NCBI RefSeq assembly: GCF_016433145.1
Contig: NC_058131.1
Location: forward strand, 232,317,395 to 232,381,394
Length of the DNA stretch: 64,000 nt
Source of the DNA: Gracilinanus agilis
Lineage: Eukaryota
Reading direction: 5' to 3'
This document shows, one piece after another, positions 51,300-62,590 of the stretch (positions within the stretch are counted from its first letter, which is position 1; every line of letters starts with the position of its first letter). Below the pieces are notes generated by a model. That model had not been told where the DNA came from. It did not search any database and was given only the letters and a program-made list of their open reading frames with translations. The position numbers and the translations under genes are program-made.

Positions 51300-52500
51300 A
51301 AGTCTCACTGTGTAAGTAGATCGGCCTCAATTCTAGGAAGGACACCCCAACGTATGGAGGCACTCCCGAGGAGGACCCCCCTCCTCCCCAGCCGCCGGCG
51401 CCACTTGGAAGGAGGAGCTAAGTTTCACCTCGGAGCCCCTCCCCCCAGTCCCTCCTCTCCCCCGCGTGGATCAGCTTAACCTGGAGAGACACTTGTGCAG
51501 CCTCCTCCCGGGCCCAGCTTCCCATTGCTTTCCACCTATGGTGGAAAAGAAGGTAGAACACGGGTGGCTTATTCCAGGCACGAGGAAGCGGGGCAGGGGT
51601 CGTCCAGGTCACCGAGCAGCTCTACACCTCAACTTCAGCAGGGCTATCGGGCTTGAGCCCCGGCTAGGGCTGCACCCCGCTACCCCGGTCCCACAACCCT
51701 ACCCCCACCCCAGGGGTCCGGTGGTTGAGGGAAGAGCTGGACTGCAAGCCCCGAGCTTCTACCAAATCAGTTCCCCAAAGGGCTGAGAAAGCAGGAGTGG
51801 AGCACCGACGTCTGGGCACCGGGCGTGGGACAGGGGACAAGGGCAGCACCTCCCAACGCGGACCAGCCCACCTACCCAGCCCGGGCGTGGGGAGAGGGAT
51901 AGGCGCCGGGAGCCTGGATCCCGGCGGCTCCCGGACTAGAGCGGGACCGGGCGTGTAGCGGCGGCGGCAGCCGGAGAGACAGGGGCGGGGCCGGATCCCA
52001 GAAGGGGCTCCGGGCCGGGGGGGCGGGGCCGGGGGCTGAATCGGGGTTTGGGGAGCCCGGCCGCAGAAAGCCCCTCACCTCTCTCGGGGCCGGCGCTCCC
52101 GTTCCTTCTCCCGTCAGTGTGGCTGCGCCTCCAGCCCCGGCTCAGCGCCTGGGCCTGTCGCCCAGGACCCAAACAAAACGGGAGCGCCGCGGCGCCGGGA
52201 CCCCGCTCTGCCAGGAAACAACAAGCCATCCGCCTATTGGCCGCGGGCGCAGCTGCCCACCCACCCAGCAACACTCATTGCCATTGGTCGGGGCGTGAGG
52301 GTCTTTTTCTCCCCTCGCGGTCGGCGGGGTCTGGTTCCCCGGCTAAGTAACGTCTTGGGGTTCGCAGCCACCCAGCTCCCGAGAGAATTCCACTCGCATC
52401 CGCTACCCCGGGGACGGTTAACAGTCATTTGGGCTGGACTGCAAAGAGGCAGGAGCACGGAGCTACTGAATGGAAAAATAACCGCTTGTCTATAACGACC
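51300..52500 (-). promoter_or_regulatory. AGBL5: AGBL5 CpG-island promoter
   Basis: Very CpG-rich; CCAAT boxes (plus-strand ATTGG) at 52236-52240 and 52283-52287; GC boxes. Confidence 0.85.
52079..52230 (-). other. AGBL5: AGBL5 non-coding exon 1 (5' end approximate)
   Basis: Donor GAG|gtgagg at 52078 inside a CpG island, downstream of two CCAAT boxes. Confidence 0.6.
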
Positions 52501-52574
52501 ACGATAAAAAGAATAAGATCAAAACTAGTTATAGGCCTCTGAAATCGGCTTTGAATTATTGGATAAGGATATGT

Positions 52575-52708
52575 NNNNNNNNNNNNNNNNNNNNNNNNNN
52601 NNNNNNNNNNNNNNNNNNNNNNNNNNNNNNNNNNNNNNNNNNNNNNNNNNNNNNNNNNNNNNNNNNNNNNNNNNNNNNNNNNNNNNNNNNNNNNNNNNNN
52701 NNNNNNNN
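52575..52708. other. Assembly gap (134 N)
   Basis: Run of N. Confidence 1.
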
Positions 52709-53124
52709 TTGTTCCCTTTTCCTTAGGGTAGAGAATTTAGCCAGTCTGCTATTTGTCTTTTCCCTTTGGCTATTCAAAGAGAAGTATCAAAGCTCAAAAG
52801 CTAGGAATGGGGGGTTTTGGGGGTGGGGGACAAAACCACAACATTCTACCAGATGAATTAACCGAAACATACGCTAAGAGTAGGGCTCCACCCATCATTG
52901 ATACAAACAATTTTACAAAGCCTGCCGAAATAGGCCTTCGGGCATGCACACACCTGATAATGTAGCGCTGGATCCTGTGACACACCTCTTGTCCTACGCC
53001 CTCGGAATTCAATGCAATCATGTCATTTTGGGAGAAAAGACATGGGACGTGCGTGCTTACACATACATAATCTTAACCCATTAAACTGAATTAAGTTAAT
53101 TACATTTCAAGCGGCTAAAACAAG

Positions 53125-53129
53125 AAAAA
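53125..53129 (-). terminator. Pol III T5 terminator of tRNA-Tyr
   Basis: TTTTT 11 nt after the discriminator base. Confidence 0.85.
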
Positions 53130-53140
53130 TATTTCGGAAG

Positions 53141-53229
53141 TCCTTCGAGCCGGAATCGAACCAGCGACCTAAGGATAACCAGAGTAATTCCACTACAGTC
53201 CTCCGCTCTACCAACTGAGCTATCGAAGG
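53141..53229 (-). tRNA. tRNA-Tyr (GTA) with 16-nt intron (53177-53192)
   Basis: CCTTCGATAGCTCAGTTGGTAGAGCGGAGGACTGTAG-tggaattactctggtt-ATCCTTAGGTCGCTGGTTCGATTCCGGCTCGAAGGA; intact A/B boxes, anticodon GTA at 53196-53194. Confidence 0.99.
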
Positions 53230-54256
53230 CCTCGCTACCTTATCCTTTCTCCAGATTCCTCTTAACTTTACATGGGAGGTGTGCTCCTCTGCTTTTATAT
53301 CAGATGTAGTTTTGCTAGCTTCTGGTCTCGTAGGCTTAAGCCTGCGTTCTCGGAGAAAAACCCAGTTTTCACTAGCCCCAGCAAGCAGCCTTCGAGGAGG
53401 AATTTTCCCCACCTTCGGTTGAATTGCACATGCCTCCCTGTCCTCCTCTCCCCCTGCCCCTTTAAAAATATAATTTAAGTGCGGCTCAGTCTAAAGCCAC
53501 GTGCATACAAGTGCGTTATTAGTAATACCGAGCAACGCTTTACCCACTGATTCGCGTCCCTTAGGACCATCCGTCTGGGTCAGGCAGGAGGTGGCCAGCG
53601 GTGGAAGGAGCGTGTCCCCTCCAGGGCCCAGGGCTGCTTCGATCCCCGGCGAGCAAGCCGCCACACTTGCTCCCAGCACGCTGAAGGAGACCAGAGGACG
53701 GGAGACTCCGGGGAGGCCCAGAATGAGAAGGCAGGCGTGGATGGGTTGTGATCTAGAGGACCCACCGGTGGGAGCGTCTGCATCCGTGAAGTCACGGACG
53801 CCCTGAAGTATTGCTTGCAATTTACCCAGCTAAGTCTGGGAAGGGGAGTGGAGGGATTGTTTATTTGTTTTCCCGCCGAGGGAGAATCCTACCCCTTAAA
53901 TCTTTTCTTTTCCCTTTATGGAACATAAAATCCTTAGAATAGGAAAATGCAACAAAAAACCTACATTTGCCTCTTCCACCCATTACTCCCAGCTCTGATC
54001 CTGGGTCAAACTATTAAAGAAGTCAAGCCCGAGGCTTCTCATCTTCAGACTAAACTTTATCTCCTTTAATTGATCCTCATACAGTGCAGACTTGAGGCCC
54101 TTCAACATTCTGGTTGCAATCTTCTGGACCGTCTACAATTTATCAAATATCCTTTCTGAGATGCAGTGCCCGGAACTGACCATAATCCTCTAGATTGTAG
54201 TCTGGCCATGGCCATCGTTTCCTTTTTTTCCTTGGAGGACTTTCAATTCAGCATTA

Positions 54257-54291
<35 letters not shown>

Positions 54292-54879
54292 CTTCTTTCC
54301 CTAACAGTTGTTATTCATACCTTTTTAATGCTTTAATCTGGAAAATTCGTTGATATTTTCTGTTGGAAATATACAGAACCAAACGATGAATGTAGAAATT
54401 TAGAGAACTTTCTTTTTCCCAGCTTTCTCTGTAAGTGTACAATATAACTTTCACTTTTTAAATATTCTTTTTTAAAAATATCTTCCCAATTACTGATAAT
54501 AACAATTCTCAATATAAGTTTGACAAAATTATAAGATCTAAATTGTCTCCCTCCCTTCTCTCCCTCCTCTTGGAGATGGAAAGCAATTTGATCTGGTTTA
54601 TATATGCATTAGCACGCAAAACATACTTCCATATTGGTCATCGTTGTAAGAGAATACTCATAAAACCCAAACCCAAAATAAAACCATAAATAAACTGATG
54701 TGGAAAATGGTATGCTTTGATCTGCATCCAACTCTTATAGTTTTTTCTCTGGAGGTGGATAGCATTCTTTGTCATAAGTCTTTCAGAATTATTTTCATGG
54801 TTGTATTGCTGAGAGTGGCTTAGTCTCTCATAGTTATGGATTAAGGGCAATTATTGTTGAGTTGTATTTTATCCTTCTT

Positions 54880-55078
54880 TGAGGTTTCCTTGGCAAAGAT
54901 ACAGGAGTGATTTGCCATTTCCTTCTACAGATCATTTTCCAGATGAGGAAACTGAGGCCAACAGGGTTAAGTGCCTTGCCCTGGGTCACATAGTTAATAA
55001 GTGTCTGAGGCAGGATTTGAACTCAGGAAGTTGACTCCAAGCCAAGCTCTTGATTCTTTCTGCTCCACCTAGCTGTCC
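54880..55078 (-). mobile_element. MAR1-type SINE
   Basis: RTE-type tail tccttggcaaagatacaggagtgatttgccatttccttct plus CORE. Confidence 0.8.
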
Positions 55079-55687
55079 ATGAAAGGACAACTGAAAATTC
55101 TAATTCTTATTTAAATTGTTACCTCTCCCACTTTTCTAAAGTGATGGACACCCCAGCCCAATCCTTTGAGAAAGGATGAAGATATTGATCAAAGGAAGAA
55201 TTTCACTTTGACTCTTGTGGGGGAGGGGAGCAGTCCTAGAAGTACTGTTTTGGTGATTTTGTTACTCAGTCACTAATGTTAAGCCAAAATTACTAGATTT
55301 TTCTTCAAGATTCTCATGAATGCTGGGGGCAGATAATCATGTCAGAGGGCATGGGGGGAACTATGCCAATTTGGACATCTCTCTCTAAGCCAGAAATGGC
55401 TTGGATACTAATGTTAAATAAAATTGTTTCTGGCAGACTCAGGCTTAAAAATACAAAGTATGCTATTAATATCAATATTTTCTCTTTAGTACTAAGAACC
55501 TTTTGAAATTTGCTCTCCCAATCTTAAGTACATTCCAGACAATGTCCATGTGAAAACCGATACCTTCCCATTTCCCTACTCTGTCCTTTAAAAAGCATTT
55601 TAAAAGTTGCCTAGTCTGAGGCCTTTAGACTAATCTGAAAGAAAATCTTATTTATCTTTAACCATCAGTTCCAAAAAGATATTCTGT

Positions 55688-55820
55688 TCTCTCTCTCTCT
55701 CTCTCCCCCTTCCCCCCTCTCTCCCTCTTTTTCCCTTCCTCCTCTCTCTCTCCCCTCCCTATCTCTCTCTCCCTCCCTCTCACACCTCTACCTCGGTCTC
55801 TGTCTCGGTCTCTCTTTCTC
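55688..55820. repeat. CT-rich polypyrimidine / (CT)n tract
   Basis: Nearly pure C/T run. Confidence 0.9.
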
Positions 55821-58800
55821 TCATATCAACCTAGGAGAACTCCTCCCTTGAAATAATTCAGGTAGTAATTGGATAAGGACATTTGAAAGGATCCTTTGGT
55901 TGATTCCCTTTCCCCCTGTTTGGGTAATAATACACCCAAGAATAGTAGCCTTTTTCTCCATGACTTGAATAGAATAGTCATGGATGAATTGAATAGTTAT
56001 AGAAAAACAATTTTCCAAGATTAAGTTCCTATTGTTCTGGATTAATGAAGCACTTATTAACATTTACCTTAAGCTGGCTTGTAGAATTATGTTTTATTGT
56101 AAAAATTCTTCATTTAAGAATCTTATAAATGTTATATATGTTATAATAATAAATTGTTATAAGAATATTACAAATGTTTGGGTGGGAGAGATGTATCCAA
56201 GGGCATTGAGGGGACTGTCATTTTATCTGTTTCTCTCTTCAAGCTGAACAAAGCTTGAATGAAAACTGATAGATTTATTAAAATTATGTATTTTTTATTT
56301 TTATTGTCATGCAAAACCCACTTCCATATTGGTCTTTGTTGTAAGAGCACACTCATACCTAACCAAAACCCCCAAATAAAACCATAAATACACTGACGTG
56401 AAAGACAACCCCAGGAGTTCTTTCTCTGGAGGTGGAGAGCATTCCCCATCATAAGTCTTTCAGGATTGTCCCAGATCACTGCACTGCTTGTAGAGTCCAG
56501 CTTATACATAAGATTCTTGCGTAGGTCAGAATCATCTGTGGAGGGAAGTTGGACACTGGAAAACAAAGGGTTAAGCTTATCTAGAAAGAATGAGACATAG
56601 AAAAATCAGAGAAATAAGAAACCCACAGACAAGATGTAGGCCTGGTGTCAGGTGTCAGCCTGTCAGCTTCTCAGATGGTCAGAGAGAGATTGTGACTGAT
56701 CTGAGCTGTCTTTATTAAGGAAAGAAGCAAAGGGGTTGCAGGTTGTCCATCAAATAGTCAGTACATCAGCCTTGTTAACATGTTAATGACAAAACCAAAA
56801 GAGCGGATGATAACGCAATAGATCTTCGCCAGGTATCAAAGCACCTTTAGAACTTGTCTGCCAGCCTTCTGGATTTCTAAGATTGATTTCTAAGTTACAC
56901 AAAATTTAATACCCAACCAATTTAAGGATTCAGAAATCAATCATGTGAAACGTTAAAAAATATATCCATACGTCTGGTCCATGAGCACTTTGCTCATTAG
57001 AGTCAGCTTTTGAATACATCTTTAATACCTTCATGATTCATTATAACTGAAACCCTACACTGCTGAGTAGCCAAGTTTTCACAGATAATCAGTGTCCAAT
57101 ATTGCTATTATTGTGTACGATGTTCTCCTGGTTCTGCTTATTTCACTCTGCACCAGTTCATGGAGGTCTTTCCAGCTTTTTCTGAAATCATCGTGTTCAT
57201 CATTCCTTACAGCTCAGTAGTATTTCATCACCAACACGCACCACGGTTTGTTCAGCCATTCCCCAACTGATGAATATTCCCTCAATTTCCAATTCTTTGC
57301 CACCACAAAAAGAACAGTTAGAAATATTTTAGTACAAGTAGGTCTTTGTCTCTTCAAAAATTATTGCAGCATGTTTTGTGAGATAATACATGTATAACCC
57401 AGACTGAATTGCTTGCCAGCTCCTGGAGAGGAGAGGGATGAAGGAAGGGAGACTTCAGAAAACTGATGTGGAAAATTGTTATTGAAATATTTTAAAATGA
57501 AATAAAATTTCTAGCATGCTAGTACATTATTAATCTTTTGCTTCAACATCTCGCCTTTTTTCCCCTCAGAGAAAAGGGCAGCTAGGTGGCACAGTGGAGA
57601 AAGTGCCAGGCCTGGAGTCATCATTCATTTTGACTAGTCTTGGGAGGTTCTCTGTTGTTCTTGTGCACTCAAGGAAAACAATGGACCTTTCCATTGTGAA
57701 CAGGTTGACAAACAGCTACTTTTGTTCTCTAACCCTGATTGGATCATCTCCCACCAGATGGCATTTTTGGATCCACATTCTTATTCCTTTGAGTACAAAC
57801 AACAATATCCCTTTCAGAAGTCCCAATTCCCTCTACAGAAATCCTCAGGCTTGTTTCTTAGCTCCAAATGTTTTTCCCTTCATTTTCTAGGTGACTTTCT
57901 TCCACCCTACAACCCAGTCTGGGCTTGAGTCAGGGTTTCCCTGTGATGTGTCAGAACCTCCATCTACTTTCTCTTCATTCTGAAGGCAAGACTTTCTTCT
58001 GGTCTTCTAATGTATCCTTGAAAACTTGGCGTGTGGAGAGGCATTCTTTAAACCTCCTCCTCTCTTCTGGGAGGGAGACTAATCCGGACTCTCACTATAT
58101 TCTTATCTTGACTTTTTCCCCTCTTCCTCTTCTCAGCCCTTTCCCTCAATCTTTACTTTTTTAGCCTCCATCATTCTCAAGTTTTGATTTTTCCCCAAGT
58201 TCTCCCAGATTTCTCCTCAGGTTCAGCATCTGGCCTTCTTCACAAGCCCCAAGCCCTCCAAATTCCCCACCCAATTCCCTCCTTCATTTCAGGTTTCTCT
58301 GAGTTATTCCATACTACTGTCCCCTTTGGAAGATGGAAGAAGTCCTATGATACTTATTTTTGTATGAGTATAGTATGAGCTTTGTATTTGTTTATGCCTT
58401 TCTCTCCCTTTTGATTATAAGTCTCAAGGGTGCAGAATGAATCTTATTTACCCATATGTCTCTCTTATAATTTGGCTCAGTGCCTCAATCCATAGTGGTT
58501 TTTCCTTTCTGGTAAAGGGCACAAATGAAACTGGCAGAAAGAACTTACAAGAACATTGCCAAAAATTATTGAGTTTTGGGCAAGAAAAAGAATACGGGGG
58601 CATGAGTGATGTTTTTATTGTCACTTCACACTGCAGGCAAGGCATACAAAAAGGTAATAGCTTGTTTTGAAGATGAACAACTGGTTTAAAAGATAGAATC
58701 TGAGAAAGGGACTTGTACTTCTCAATCATAATTTAAAACATAGGAATGATAGGTTCCTGGTCAGGAATGAAGTGACCTTAACAAAGGCTGGTAAGAATGC

Positions 58801-58849
58801 ATCTTTTGCTCCTCTCAGTGAATGCTACAATTTTTTTTGTTTCATTTTA

Positions 58850-59750
58850 TTGACTTTTGTTTTATTATTGTTTCATTTTATTGACTTTTGTAAAGTATCA
58901 CTTTGGTAGTTTAACTGGTAATAGCATTAAAACTGTAAATTAACTTTGGGCTTATCGCCATTTTTATAATCTTGGCAAAACTCAGGAGCACTGAATATTG
59001 TTCCAGGTATTTAAGTTGTTCTTCATTTCTTTAAGGAACGTTTTGTAGTTGTGTATTTGTAGTTTGAATACATGCTTCTAGTATATTGTATGCTTCAGTA
59101 AATTAAGCCCCAAATATTGCATGCATTTTGAAGTTATTTTGGATGAGATTTCCCTGTCAATTATTCCCACTTGGATTTTGTTATCATTTTGCAGAAATGC
59201 TGTTGATGTTTATGGATTAAATTTGTGGACTGCAGTTTTGCTAATGCTATTAATTGCCCCAATTAATATATCTATTCTGATTCCCCAGAATTTTCTAAGC
59301 AAGCCATTATTTTACCAACAAACAGGGATAGTTTTATCTTTTCTTTGACTATCTTTATGCCTTTAATTTCTATCTCTTGCCTTATAACTAGCATTTCTAG
59401 AACTACATCAAATAATAGCATAAAGAGTGTGAATCCTTGCTTTACCCCTATATTTATTGGGAAGGCTAGTGCGTCCTTATTGCATATATTGCTTGCTTTT
59501 GGCTGTATGTAGATAGCTAATTTTGATAATATTAAAAACGATCCCTTCATGCTTGCATTTTGTAGGATCTTTAGCATACATGAGTTAAGGTACTTTGTGG
59601 TTTTTTTTACGTGTTTTTTAAAAATTCGATTAATTGTGCTGATTGTTTCTTGGATGTTGCATCCCAGGTACAAATCCAATTTGGTCACAAGGGATGGGTT
59701 TTTTTTGGATAAATTGCTACAGTCTGTTTGGTAGGGTTTTATTTTGAATT
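58850..59750 (-). mobile_element. Older L1 ORF2 reverse-transcriptase fragment
   Basis: AFPINIGVKQGFTLFMLLFDVVLEML..IRQEIEIKGIKIVKEKIKLSLF resembles the L1 RT QGCPLSP region. Confidence 0.9.
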
Positions 59751-59775
59751 TATATTCATTAAGAACATAAATTTA

Positions 59776-60808
59776 CAAAACTATCAATAAGCATATGAAA
59801 AAGTGTTCTAAATCTCTTATAATTAGATAAATGCAAATCAAAACAACTCTGAGGTATCACCTCACACCTAGCAGGTTGGCTAAAATGACAGCAAAGTGGT
59901 GAACATTGGAGGGGATGTGGCAAAATTGGGACATTAATGCATTGCTGTTGGAGTTGTGAATTTGATCCAACCATTCTGGATGGCAATTTGGAACTATGCC
60001 CAAAGGGCTTTAAAAGACTGTCTGCCTTTTGATCTACCCATACCACTGCTGGGTTTGTATCCCAAAGAGATAATAAGGAAAAAGAATTGTATAAAAATAT
60101 TTATAGCTGCACTCTTTGTGGTGGCAAAAAAATGGAAAATGAGGGTATGCCCTTCAATTGGGGAATGGCTGAACAAATTGTGGTATCTGTTGGTGATGGA
60201 ATACTATTGTGCTCAAAGGAATAATGAACTGGAGGAATTCCATGTGAACTGGAACAAACTCCTGGAACTGATGCAGCCTGAAAGGAACAGAACAAGGAGA
60301 ACATTGTACACAGAGACTGATACACTGTGGCACAATGAAATGTAATGGACTCCTCTACTAGCAGCAATGTAAAGTACTGCCTTTTATAATCATCTGATTT
60401 GCCGGCTACACTGTGGCACAATCTAATATAATGGACTTCTCTACTAGCAGCAATGCAAGGATCCAGGACAACTATGAGGGACTTAGGAGAAAGAACACTA
60501 TCCACATCCAGAGAAAGAACTGTGGGAGCAGAAACACAGAAGAAAAACAACTGCTTGATCACATGGGTCAATGGGGATATATGATTGGGGATGTAGACTC
60601 TAAGTTATCACCCTAGTGCAAATGTTAATAATATGGAAATATGTCTTGATCAACACATGTAAAATTGGAATTGAGCCTTGGCTATGGAAGGGGGGTGGGA
60701 GAAGGAGAGAGAAAGAACACGAATCATGTAACAATGGAAAATATTCTAAATTAATTAGGTAAAAATCTCAAAATAAATAAAGTCTAACTTCTAACCTCAT
60801 ATATAAAA
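59776..60808 (+). mobile_element. 5'-truncated L1 (ORF2 C-terminus plus 3' UTR)
   Basis: ORF 59956-60345 QPFWMAIWNYAQRALKDCLPFDLPIPLLGLYPKE; 15-bp TSD AAGAACATA(A/C)ATTTA at 59761-59775 and 60809-60823. Confidence 0.92.
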
Positions 60809-61002
60809 AAGAACATACATTTATAGTTCTTTGCCTTTATTCTCTCCTGGTTTAACTACATTTTAGATCTAAATTGTCTCATAAAAGGAATATGATAGAG
60901 ATCTCAATTTTTGAGAATTTTATCTTATTGGCATGAATTGCTCTTTAAAAGTAAATCTAACAGGACAATGAGGTTTTTTCCTTTGGTGGTTCCTCTAGAG
61001 GG

Positions 61003-61200
61003 GGACCCAGGTGAGGCAGTGGATAAAGTGCTAGACCTGGAGTCAAGAAAAGACTCTGAGTTCAAATCTGCCCTCAGACACTTAACTAGCTGTGTGACTG
61101 GGCAAAGTTGCTTAACATTGTTTGCTTCAGTTTCCTTACTTGTAAAATGAACTGGGGAAGGAGAACCAAATAGAATCATGAAGAGTTGGACATATATAAC
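61003..61200 (+). mobile_element. MAR1-type SINE
   Basis: Family match. Confidence 0.78.
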
Positions 61201-61229
61201 AACAGGTTACTTTTAAAGCTAGCTCTCCT

Positions 61230-61520
61230 TTTTCTGAAGATCTCCATTTGGCCTTCTATTAGTTTGAATATTTTATATTTTTGAAGGTAGTTCTATGTCT
61301 TTTGTGTTCTTAGTTTTGTTAGCATATACTTGTGCACAGTTGGTACTTCTATTTCTAAATAAAGTCCTTCTAATTATTTCTAGTTTGTTGTATTTTAATC
61401 TTTGTTTATTTGCCTTTTGGTGAGCTCCCTTCTTTTTAATCAGATTGGCTAAAAGTTTATTAAGTTTGACAATCAACTAGCAAAAGAACCAGCTTTTAGT
61501 TTGAACATTTCTATATTCTT
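61230..61520 (-). mobile_element. Upstream ORF2 piece, probably of the same older L1
   Basis: KLNKLLANLIKKK...QVYANK resembles the L1 ORF2 region between endonuclease and RT. Confidence 0.7.
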
Positions 61521-61560
61521 TCTTGTGTAAGATTTAAATTTAGTGGTTGGACTTAAATTA

Positions 61561-62119
61561 TGTGAAATAATGTGGTTGGCTGGAGTTATTATATCTCAAG
61601 TCAGAAGTTTATTTAGAAAAATAGAGTGGAAAACAATAAGGTAGAGAAATGTGAGAGAGGTTAGAAAAAATATCTATACTAGTCCTCAGCCAGGAGGGCC
61701 AGTAGTGAGTAACTACCGGCCTCCTCCAAGATGGAAACTAGTCTCTTAGGAAACTAGGAAAGGAGTCAGCCCTTTTCACTCACCCAACTAGGTAGTCCAG
61801 AAGTCAGAATCCAAGGTTGATGCCATGATCCAAGCCCCAGCCTAAGCCACAGTCTCCAGTGAAGTTCCCTCAAAGACTATCTCCAGGAGACACTCTTCAC
61901 TAGAGTCACCTTCACCAGACTGACTGCTCAGGGATTTTCATGGCTTTTATGGTGGTTTCCTGTCCCTGCCCCTTTTCGTGGGAGCCAATCAGTTTCCAAA
62001 TTGTCCGAGTTGTCACCTTTGGATTCAAGCCTTTCTGAGTGTGTAAACTCTTGAGTTTCTGGATGTTTCAGTTTGGGGAAAAAGATGGGACTCTCCAAGT
62101 ATCTTGCTGTTTTTTCACA
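61561..62119 (-). mobile_element. Probable solo LTR (559 bp)
   Basis: TGTGAAA...TTTCACA termini; on minus, CCAAT-type box (61985-61989), TATA-like CATAAAAG (61951-61944), AATAAA (61614-61609). Confidence 0.75.
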
Positions 62120-62404
62120 TAGCATCAAGTAAGGTGTGAACTCACTAAGTGGTTTGTGAGCTCTTCTACCTAGTTCAAGCTTGTGTTGATTCAGTCAAAA
62201 GGTAGACAAAAGAGAGCTAATCTTGTCCTCACAATCTAGTGAGGTACTAAGTAGGGGTACTTAAATTATTGTCAAAGTATTAATTTCAACTAGGCAAAGA
62301 GAACAAAGGATTCCTTTTTCACACTTGTTCCATTTTATTTCTCCTCCAATTTTCAACATGTCCTGTTTTGTGCTTATTTTAGTTACTTGTTGGTTTCTAA
62401 TTTT

Positions 62405-62590
62405 TTTTAAACCCTTACCTTCTGTCTTAGATTATTGGTTCAAAGGCAGAAGAGTGGTAAAGGCTAGGCAATGGGGGTTAAGTGATTTACCCAGGGTCAC
62501 ACAGCTAGAAAGTGTCTGAGGCCATATTTGAACCCAGGACCTCCCGTCTCTGGGCCTGGCTATCAATCCACTGAGCCATCCAGCTGCCTC
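62405..62590 (-). mobile_element. SINE1_Mdo-type SINE
   Basis: Family match. Confidence 0.9.

Noticed and set aside
51418-52495. Many 60-112-aa ORFs in the AGBL5 CpG island
   Set aside because: Expected in stop-poor GC-rich DNA; no coding signature
53585-53660. tRNA-like A/B-box look-alike (TGGCCAGCGG ... CTTCGATCCC) on plus
   Set aside because: The B box lacks the invariant G, the A box is one base short, and I cannot fold a cloverleaf
58850-60808. Opposite-strand L1 pieces suggesting a twin-priming 5' inversion
   Set aside because: The plus-strand piece has its own 15-bp TSD, and the minus-strand ORF2 continues at 61230-61520, so this is a younger L1 inserted into an older one
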